The notes below the pieces were generated by a model. The model saw only the letters and a program-made list of their open reading frames with translations. It was not told the DNA's origin and ran no database searches. A stretch of DNA of 64,000 bases from the human T2T-CHM13v2.0 reference genome, Homo sapiens: the NCBI RefSeq assembly GCF_009914755.1, contig NC_060946.1. One strand, 5' to 3'. The position numbers and the translations under genes are program-made. Shown piece by piece: positions 50,549 to 64,000 of the stretch; positions within the stretch are counted from its first letter, which is position 1, and every line of letters begins with the position of its first letter.

Positions 50549-50581
<33 letters not shown>

Positions 50582-50600
50582 ATGCGCGCGCGCGCGCATG
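50549..50600. repeat. (TG)n-CATG-(CG)6-CATG alternating purine-pyrimidine tract
   Basis: Read directly. Confidence 0.95.
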
Positions 50601-50878
50601 TTTTTTAGAGACAAGGTCTTGCTCTGTCACTCAGGCTGGAGTGCAGTAGCATAAGCTCACTGCAGCCTTGAACTCCTGAGCTCAAGGGATCCTTCCACAT
50701 CAGCCTCCCAAGTGGCTAGGACTACAGGTGTGCACAACCACCTAATTTTTTTTTTTTTTCAGTAGAGACAGTCTTGCTATGTTGCCCAGGCTGGCGTTGA
50801 ACTCTGGGGCTCAAGCTGTCTTCCTGTCCTGGCCTCCCAAATTGCTAGGATTATAAGAGTGAGCCACTGCACATGGCT
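50601..50878 (-). mobile_element. AluJ
   Basis: Diverged Alu. Confidence 0.87.
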
Positions 50879-50894
50879 TCTGTATTTTTTTTTT

Positions 50895-51260
50895 TTTGAG
50901 CTATAAGTCATATCACATAAAATCCACCCTTTTAAAGTATACAATTCAGTGGTTTTTAGTATAGTCATAAAGCTGTAGAACCATTACCATTACCTAATTC
51001 CAAACATTTCATCACCCTGCAAAGGTACCTTGTACCCATTAGCAGTCACTCCCTATTCTTCCCTCAACCTGGCTCCTGGCAACCACTAATCTACTTTCTG
51101 TCTCTGTGGATTTACCTTTTCTGGACATCTCATACAAATGGAATCACACAATATATGGCCTTTTGTGCCCCAGGTTCTCTCATTTAGCATAATGTTTTCA
51201 TCTATGTGTGTCATGTATCAGTATTTTATTCCATTTTATTGCTGGATAACTCCATTATAT

Positions 51261-51295
<35 letters not shown>

Positions 51296-51570
51296 TTTTT
51301 GTTTGTTTATCCATTCACATTTTGTTTGTCCATTCATTGATTGATGCATATTTGGGTTGTTTGCACTTTTGGCCATCATGAATAATGCTGTTACGAAAAT
51401 TTGTGTAGAAGTTTTTATGTGGACATACCTTGTCAGTTCTCTTAGGTATATACCCAGGAGTGGAACTGATGGGACATATGATGACTCTAAACTTTTTTGG
51501 GAACTGCCACACTTTTCCTCAGAGGTTGTACCACTTTACATTCCTGCCGGCAGTGTATGGGGGTTTCACC
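50895..51570 (-). mobile_element. L1MB 3' fragment
   Basis: cccttttaaagtatacaattcagtgg...cctggcaaccactaatctactttctgtctct. Confidence 0.85.
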
Positions 51571-51929
51571 TTCACATTCCATCTACATCTGACATTAGTA
51601 TCTTCCTCACTGGAGTTATATTTTGTTATTTAATAGTTTTGCAAAATGCATTAAATTCACTTCCATTTAAATTGTTTAAGATACAGCAGTTTGAATGTGT
51701 CAATGATGCTATCTTTAGAAATTTTATTCTAAAACACAAATATCTTTTGTGTAATATTAGGACAGTTTTTTAAAAGTAATTCAGTATGTTTCTTTTTTGA
51801 AAAGGTTCTTTATAACAGTATCCCGTTCTTTTAATAAGTTCATACCCTCAAATTTTCTCTGCCTTTGCCCTTCTCCTTTTTAATTCCAATAAGTGCCTTT
51901 TTGCACATCTTTACCTTCCTATCTAAAGT

Positions 51930-53176
<1,247 letters not shown>

Positions 53177-53685
53177 AAAATGATTCTTTAGAGTAAGTCA
53201 TCTCCTACCATTCCTCTGCTCAAAATGCCTCAACACAATCTGGGCCTTGCTACTGCTTTTATGTTCTCTTGTTCCCTTGCTTACATTGCCCTTAAAAGAG
53301 TTTTATGCTGCACATTGAAGCCCAGACTCCCTGAAATATCCTGTGTTACAGAAGCTTAGCAAACTAGAAATGTTGGTTTTGCATGAGACTGTTCAAAGAA
53401 AAGAGCAACTTACTTACTCTTTGTATAAGCCTATTTTTGGGTTTCTAGTTGGATATTCTTTCCCCCTTTTTTGTTCTTATAAAACCAGGTAAAGGTATTA
53501 GTACAGATTGTAAGTTTTTAGAAGAGCATAGAATATTTGGGTAATAAGGCAAATTTATTTTTCCTATTTTGCTCGTAAGTCAGTTTGGTTTCCTCAGATG
53601 GGGGATCCATTTTGAATTTAGAGATAACCACAAAAACATCCTAAAATACTACAAGAATAATGATTTTGCATTTGCAGGTTGATGT

Positions 53686-53841
53686 TATTTATTTTTTTGA
53701 GACAGAGTCTTGCTCTGTTGCCCAGACTAGAGTGCAGTGGTGTAATCACAGCATACTACAGCCCCAACCTTCCAGGCTCAGTTGATCCTCCCACCTCATC
53801 CTCCTGAGTAACTGGGACTACAGGCATGTGCTGCCATGACC

Positions 53842-53872
<31 letters not shown>

Positions 53873-53985
53873 GAGACAGAGTTTCACTCTGTTGCCCAGG
53901 CTGGTCTCAAACTTCTGAGCTCAGGCTATCTGCCTCAGCCTTCGAAAGTGCTGGGATTATAGGCATTAAGCCACCTTGCCTGGCC
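53686..53985 (-). mobile_element. AluJ
   Basis: TSD-like tg(c/t)aggttgat. Confidence 0.87.
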
Positions 53986-54322
53986 TGTAGGTTGATTTTA
54001 ATTGTTGCTTTATTCATCCAAGTTTTATGATATTTTTTGTTTTACTACGAACATTAGGAATGTTAGCCTTTGATACTGTTTTTGCAGAAACAGGTTAAGA
54101 CTAACAGGAGTTTTACAAAGGAACTGTCAAATTGGGATTTGACTAGTGGGAATTGGCTGGGTGATAATCAACTTTTTCTTGGCTGACTCTGATCAGCTTC
54201 TTAGGCCTGTGTATATACAATACCTTTGTGAGGATATGGCCGATTAGGGGAAAAACTATTGCCAATTTTGCCTCCCCTCCTCTTTTTTTTTTCTTCTTCC
54301 CCCTCTTCCCCCCCACCCCCAG

Positions 54323-54406
54323 ACTTCACCATAAGGGAAAGAAGAGAGCCTTGTTGGACACTGAAGAAGGGACGGGGATTTCTCCTCCTAATCTGGGCCT
54401 CTTGTC
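54323..54406 (+). other. MTMR3: 5'UTR part of the MTMR3 start-codon exon (probably exon 3, 87 nt in total)
   Basis: Long pyrimidine tract then cccccag|ACTTCA. An in-frame TAA lies 6 codons upstream of the ATG. The exon ends ATG|gtaagt. Confidence 0.9.
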
Positions 54407-54409
54407 ATG
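54407..54409 (+). CDS. MTMR3: MTMR3 initiator Met codon (last 3 nt of the exon)
   Basis: cttgtcATG|gtaagt. Phase-0 splicing to GAT GAA GAG at 61789 gives the known N-terminus MDEETRH. Confidence 0.9.
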
Positions 54410-55855
54410 GTAAGTACAAGGAAATAAGAGTAAAAAAAAAAACAAAAAACCCTGTGTCCTGACAATTAAGTGAACACTAATAAATTCATACTTACCCATT
54501 TTTGTTTTTGTAAGAAATTATTTCTTTTTCTTTCCCAGATCTCTTGTGTCTTTTCTTTTCTTGTTTACTTAGTAGTAATAGAGTACTCCAATATACAGAG
54601 CAGTTTCATTTCTGTTAACTTTAATCCTGTGAGCTAGATGTTGTCTCTTATTTTTCAGTCAGCAAGTAAATGGAATCAAGACTAAAACATACAGTTCTCG
54701 GACTCCAGGTTTTTAATTCCTTTTCTAGGAAGTAGCGTGTAGTGAAAACTGTGTGTGTGTGTTTGTGTGTAGACAAATTGTAAGATGGTAATCTGCATAT
54801 TTACTTAAAAATTTTTTTAAATTGACAAATTACATATATATTGTGTACAGCATAATGTTTTGAAATACATATATACCTTGTGGAATGGCTAAATCAAGCT
54901 GATTAACATATGTATTACTTCACATAGTATATATGCTTTATGAATTTATAGAAGCAATTCCCTACCTTCCCTGTTTTGTCTCTTTAAGGCAGTATTTTGA
55001 TCCCATAGTAGGTGGAGCAGCCCTGCACACCCCCTCCTGTATCTTTAACCAGAAAGAGAATTTAATGGACAATTTAATGACTTACGGGCCATTTCGGGCC
55101 CAGCTCAAGCAGAGAAGATGGAGCAACAAGCCAGCCACATTTTCATCAATCCTGAGGAAATGTAAACAGTGCTTCAAGGCTTAAAAAAGAAATGGTCCTC
55201 TGTAATATTGTCCTTCTTCTACCTTGTGATGTTTCCTAGATCCAAACTGTTTTATGCTGATGCACAGAGAAGGAATTGAAAAGGCTACATTAATTTCAAG
55301 CTTCATTAGGGACGTATGGAAAATGCTTTTCAAAATTAGAAAAAGTAAAACAAAAAAACTAGTTGTGCAGAAATGTCATATTAAAAGGAAGAGAAAGGTA
55401 ACTGCCCTTATCTTAAAGGCATGCCAATTTTTTCTTAGTTTGTGGGCATTACAACTTTATGATTTATCTTATACCTAAACATTGATGAACTTTTCCTGTT
55501 ATTTTCTTGATTATATTTTATTTTATTGGTTTTCCCACAGAGTTTTCAATGAATTGAAAAAGTGCTTGTCTAGTATTTCAGCCAGTGCTAATGAATAACA
55601 AATGATGGGCTTATGAAAGCAGCTCTGTTCTGTATTGAGGGTTTGTCCTTCATTGTATACCACACGGCTAGTAACAGTGTGGTCCTCTTCCTGGTGCTGC
55701 TGGGTTCTCCATGGTGCCTAGCAGAAAGTCTTCCTGGTGTTTTCCCTGGCCTGATGCTTTAGACAACGCTTGGGAGTTGATTCTGTGTGTACTAGTTGGG
55801 GAGTAGCATGGCCATGTATGTATCTTTTGTTTTTGTTTAGTTTCTCATAAAGTAG

Positions 55856-56215
<360 letters not shown>

Positions 56216-56952
56216 TTGGTTATATTCCTTTCTAACTAGTTCATGTCTCATATGTATGTTTTATATAGTTAGAATGATAAAATAATTAAGTTTCTATTTT
56301 GCTTATTTCACTTAATGAATTAAACATTCTCCCATGTTGATTCCTTGGATTCCTAATGATCATTTTACTAGCTGTATAACATTCTGCAAGTTGTTGAACC
56401 ATTGATTTTAATTATATACTGTATAATAGCATTTAGAGTGTATGTCCTTAATCCTTAGTTTTTGTGTAGACAATTCAGGAGCATTGAACATTCTTTTTGT
56501 TTTTAACTGTAAACCGCTGTACTAATTTGAGAGTGACATTTTTCCCTTGTCTTTTATACTCTTAAAGGTTCTTAAACGAGATTGGAGTCTGTCTTTGAGA
56601 GGTTAAGCATTAGCAAAATATATTTTCATGTTTTGTGGAAAATCTCAAGCCTATGCAGAGAGAAAAGTACAGTGCACTCATATGAACATCATTCAGCTGC
56701 AGTAATCATAAATTCATGACTATTCTTGTTTCATTTGACCTCTTTTACCCCTACCCTTTTGGCAATAATCCCAAGCATTTTATCAAGGGAAATGTATTGT
56801 TTGTCTTCTAATACCAGTCTTACGAATATGACTGGAAATGACAGTAGGACTGATAATTATTTTCACTTCTACGCTTTGCAAACACGAACACTAGATATGA
56901 ATTCAGTTAGTAGGATTAATTGACTGGTCATCAGTCTCTCCTTCCCATGTAC

Positions 56953-57245
<293 letters not shown>

Positions 57246-58488
57246 CTTCCCATGTACTTTAAATATTTATCTCTATGGTTGACTTCTGCTCTGAAGCATG
57301 TACTTTCCTCTCTTAGCTGCATAATTTAGCCAATAGCAGAAACTAGCCTGGAACTGTGGTGACTGGCCCTTTTTCAGTATTTTGTAGATGACCCCACTGA
57401 CTTTATGGAGGTGGATGGAGACTACGAAGTGCCAGATGCCACAATGCCTGGTGTTCCTCAGCAGTACCAGGAAATTAATGACATGGAATACATCTCTCTA
57501 ATAAGTTACTGCTTATAGCTAGGATACGTTTGTTTCCAAAACTGTTACCAGACCAGCGTTTCCCAATTTATCTTCTTCCAACTTCTCACCTTATTAACCA
57601 TCTCAAGTTTGGCCTTCCTCACCTATGAAACTCACAGAAACTATAATAAATTCAGGCTAATTCAACTGCTAAATTCAACTGTTCAGCCACATGGGATCAC
57701 CAGTCCCCTAGATTCAATGAATCCTAATGTTACGTCCTTGGGGATTAAATGCATTTTTGTGTACAAGGGGAGAAAAGTTCTGAAGCTTTACAGGTAATGT
57801 GAATTGAGACAATAGCTTTTAAAAAGAACATTTGTTTGATTATGAAAAATAAGTACTTCATATTCTTGCCTTGCTGGCCTAATTCTCAGTTGTTTTATGT
57901 TGAAAATCATGCATTTTCAGTTTTCAGTAGCTACTTTGGTGATACATATTGGTCTGGATTAGCACCCTGGTGAGTGTGCCAGCAAGAGTGAGTAGGTAAA
58001 TGGTTTCTTTTTGTTCTTTACAAGCCTGCTACATTACTTCAGTTCTGTGCTAAAAGTCAGCAGAAAACTAGGTCAAGGAATCACTTAAAGATTAATAATG
58101 GGTACCTCTGTAAAATGACCTTACACAGAATAAAAGTCTAGGCCTTATGAGTTTATGTGAGGTAAAAAGTTAATGTGATGCTGAGAAGTTATGTTAAAAG
58201 TATACTTTTATGTAAGATTTTTGCTCCCCTCCATGTTTACATAGCATTTCCTTACTATCCCATATTGGTTTATGAGAAAAATCTCCCTAAATTGAAGATT
58301 CTTCACATCTTTCATTTGGTCTCTTTTTTTGGAGACAGGATCTCACTCTGTCGCCCGGGTTGGAGAGCAGTGGTGCAATCATGGCTCACCTTTCATAGAT
58401 TAGCACTAGGAGAATGGTTTTAGGAAAAGCCTGGCTTTTGGAGTGAAGCAGCTTTAATTGGTATTTAGTATTAGAGTATAGTAGAGAA

Positions 58489-60134
<1,646 letters not shown>

Positions 60135-60355
60135 AGTGTAGAGTATTACCAGTTTATGATTATGGTTGCTGTTAGTAAAACCTTAAGTGTTGTTTATAGA
60201 TAAGAAGAAAAACTCTTTTTGGGGGAAGACTTACAAAATTATTGGAATTGTGTTAAGTAGTGTACACAGAAGCAACCAGTAACCACTGGTTATAATTCTT
60301 AATGCTGTCAGTTGAACATGATGTGGCTTTTGCTCTTTTAAAAATTGCTGTGTGG

Positions 60356-60667
<312 letters not shown>

Positions 60668-61211
60668 CTATTATAATTTAGTCAGGCTTTGTGATAGATG
60701 ACATTTCTCTCATGTCTTCCTATACCATAAAAATTCATAATGCAAAATATTACTTTTTAATACAAATTGTAATTTACATGTCATCTAGATGAGAATTTAT
60801 TGCTTCCTCTTTTGAAATTGTCTTAACAGAAATCTATTTTGTAATATAAGGCAGAGTAAATGAAGGATAGTCTTTCATATATTTTCAACTTGGGAAATTC
60901 AGTTCTTAAGCTTACTTTTTCTTAGAAATTGTTTTCAAGCTTTCTATTATGAAAATTTCACATATAACCAGAGTAGACACAATGGTAGAGATAATGAACT
61001 CTCACCCAGTTTCATGAATTACTAATTCATAGATAGTCCTGTTTCACTTATGTCCCGCTTCTTCCTTACTCTTGCCCCAGTTATTTTGAAGCAAATTTCA
61101 AATGTCACCTTTCATTTTTAAATATTTCAGTATGTATCTCTCAAATAATTTAAGATCGTAACTTAAAGAGAAAAAAGCATTATATCTTGGTTTCTCTTAA
61201 AAGTAGTGTGG

Positions 61212-61528
61212 GGCTGGGCACAGTGGCTCATGTCTGTTATCGCAGCACTTTGGGAGGCTGAGGCAGCTGGATCACCTGAGGCCAGGAGTTGGAGACCAGC
61301 CTGACCAACATGGCAAAACCCCGTCTCTACAAAAATAGTAGCCAGGCGTTATGGCACGCACCTGTAGTCCCAGCTACTCAGGAGGCTGAGGCAGGAGAAT
61401 CGCCTGAACCCAGGAGGCAGAGGTTGCGGCGAGCCAAGATTACACCACCGCACTACCTGTGCACTACACTACCAGTGCACCACTGCCTGGGTGATAGTGA
61501 GATTCTGTCTCAAAAAAAGAAAAAAAAG
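61212..61528 (+). mobile_element. AluS
   Basis: Dimeric Alu with A tail. Confidence 0.9.
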
Positions 61529-61788
61529 TATTAAGAAGCTGTTAGTGCCTAATAGAAATATTCTAACCTCTTTGACATTTTTTTTGCATCAATGTGTTTT
61601 CAGACTAGATGTAACTAATGTATTGGATAGAAAAACTTTTTAAGATCAATATTGTTTCCTTGAGCTTTTCTGCCTGTTCACCTTGGTCTTTGTACTTTCA
61701 TTGTGATTATGCTAGCAGATATGGCAGAAAAACCAAATATGAATGATTAGAAGCTTTGAAATTATTTTAAGGTTTTGGACTTTTCCAG

Positions 61789-61878
61789 GATGAAGAGACT
61801 CGGCACAGCCTTGAGTGCATCCAGGCCAATCAGATCTTTCCCAGGAAGCAGCTGATCCGGGAGGATGAGAATCTTCAG
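61789..61878 (+). CDS. MTMR3: MTMR3 coding exon, residues 2-31 (DEETRHSLECIQANQIFPRKQLIREDENLQ)
   Basis: ttttccag|GAT...CAG|gtaatt; 90 nt, phase 0/0. The translation is recognisable as the MTMR3 N-terminus. Confidence 0.97.
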
Positions 61879-62282
61879 GTAATTATAGGCCACTTTTAAA
61901 TGTAAAATATTTATTTAGCATTAACTGTATAGCAGAGTTAATGGATTTAAGTGTAACGTACTATATTATATATATATATAACATACATGTAGTAGAAATG
62001 CAAGCTGGAAAACATCTCATTTTAGCAAGACTTATTTCCTGAGAATCCACTGTTTAAGATGATCTTCTCTGTATCATTCCTTTAGTAGTTCAGAATTTGA
62101 ATAACTAGATATATTTGAATTAGGTGGGTATAAACCCATCCTCTTTAGCTTCCTTATCTACTTATGTGCTGTGTTTTCAACTTCAGTGGCAGAGGATTTA
62201 CCATCCATTCAGCCAACTGATGTTTGAAGCTTTTTTTTTTTTAACTGCTTCAGAACTCTGAAGGGTTTCTTTCATTTCGAAG

Positions 62283-62399
62283 GTTCCTTTCCTTGAACTT
62301 CATGGAGAGAGCACAGAGTTTGTGGGCCGTGCCGAGGATGCCATCATTGCCCTTTCCAATTACAGACTTCACATCAAGTTCAAGGAGTCTCTTGTTAAT
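62283..62399 (+). CDS. MTMR3: MTMR3 coding exon, residues 32-70 (VPFLELHGESTEFVGRAEDAIIALSNYRLHIKFKESLVN), start of the PH-GRAM domain
   Basis: tttcatttcgaag|GTT...AAT|gtaagt; 117 nt, phase 0/0. It carries the myotubularin-type LSNYRL motif. Confidence 0.97.
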
Positions 62400-62557
62400 G
62401 TAAGTGATTACCAGCTGTTCTCCCTCTAAGGTAAATGGAGAAAGTAAGTCAAAAAACTTAATGCTCTCAAAGAGAGGAGAGGCATACAGAATTGGGAGAG
62501 AAAGCATTATGTGCTCTGCTTTTCTCACTTAATTTAGCACTCAAGGAACACTGGCTT

Positions 62558-62866
<309 letters not shown>

Positions 62867-64000
62867 CACACTAGATCAGCAAGCAGCTCTTATGCTTGAT
62901 TTAAAATGATGTGTGTAGTTGTCAGCTGAGGTGTCCATTGTTTAGTTTAACAGTGAATGATTTGCATTAGGTAATGCTGTATCATTAAGCTTTATAAAGG
63001 TATAAAGGCTGAATGGGCTTTTATTCTGCAATCTTTAGTAGTTACCAACTGCCTCAGTTGAGATAATTCCCTTGGCCTTAATGTCAAAAGATGAGATGCA
63101 CTTTGAGCTCACTGCAGACTCTCATTACAGCATGAGGTTACTCTAATGACTCCTTGGTGGTATAAGTGTAGATGTTAAGTATAATGTTGATTTGCATAAT
63201 GGACTATGTATTACTGAAGAAAAGGAAGCCTCTTGATTCTCAAGAGTACATTTACCCTTTTCAGTTATGAATGTCCTCTCAGTGAACTGGTTCTTCCAGT
63301 GCTCTGCTATCATTAGCCTTAAATGAAACGAATAAAGGCTTGAAAATTCATGTACTTACAGCAAATGCCTTCTTCCTTCTTTACTTGCCAGTGTTGTGGC
63401 TTTCTACACTCCACTTCCAGCACAGAGAAGTGTATTATGACACGTTAAAACAGCTCAGGACTGTAATTCCATGCAGACTGTGTTTTGGCTTCATTTTGGG
63501 ATTCTTTGAAATCTTGTTCATTCGTTTTACTCAGCAATTAAAAAAAGACTCAGTGGCTGTCATTTTTTTTTTGGTAGTTGACATTTTTTACTTCTTATTA
63601 TCATTCTTCTTTGTAGTTAAGCATTTATGTCCAGGAGCAGTTTTGGCCTGAATCCCTTCTGGCTTCTAGATTTGGGCCATGATTATAGCAGTTACATCAG
63701 TTTTCTGTCTATCAGCTAAAGATACACACCAGATTCATTAAGGAAAGAGGCAATGCTGTTCTTTCATACTATGTAGCACTCTGTTCAGAAGGGTCCACTT
63801 GGATTTGAGTAGTCGTGATGGGGAGGGGAAAGGGGGGAAACACCTATAAAATCCCAGCAACTGAGAATTCCCCACCAGCTACTGTGGAAGTAATGATAGT
63901 AGTGTTTAGTAGAACTGCCCAATTTAACTTTGTGTTCTTTCAGTGTTTGAATTGCTGGAATTAAATTATAATTAAATTGCATGTGAGAATGATAGTTTCA

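Noticed and set aside
62250-62528. 92-aa antisense ORF over the last exon
   Set aside because: It is the shadow frame of a real coding exon, with no independent evidence.

Overview
Human-like (great-ape) genomic DNA from the 5' part of MTMR3 (myotubularin-related protein 3) on the + strand. Four exons are visible: a 53-nt non-coding exon (40395-40447), an 87-nt exon ending exactly in the initiator ATG (54323-54409), and two phase-0 coding exons (61789-61878, 62283-62399). Together they give MDEETRHSLECIQANQIFPRKQLIREDENLQVPFLELHGESTEFVGRAEDAIIALSNYRLHIKFKESLVN. The rest is intron. It holds more than 50 Alu copies or fragments (roughly 2:1 antisense by hand count), old L1M, L2 and MIR fragments, five LTR remnants (MSTB-like, MLT1A-like, an ERV1 LTR, LTR7 and MER11), DNA transposon fossils (MADE1, MER44A, Tigger3, Charlie1a), a tailless 5S rRNA retrocopy and microsatellites. 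Almost all ORF-track entries are Alu/L1 read-through or chance ORFs. I found no convincing new biological system. The best leads are (i) phase-0 acceptors in the intron after the ATG-only exon that could give small proteins sharing only the Met with MTMR3, (ii) loss of the polyA hexamer in both sense-oriented LTRs, (iii) circRNA-favouring Alu geometry, and (iv) several clear templated-insertion and micro-inversion repair scars. Gene and repeat names come from recalled consensus sequences, not searches, and repeat boundaries are approximate.
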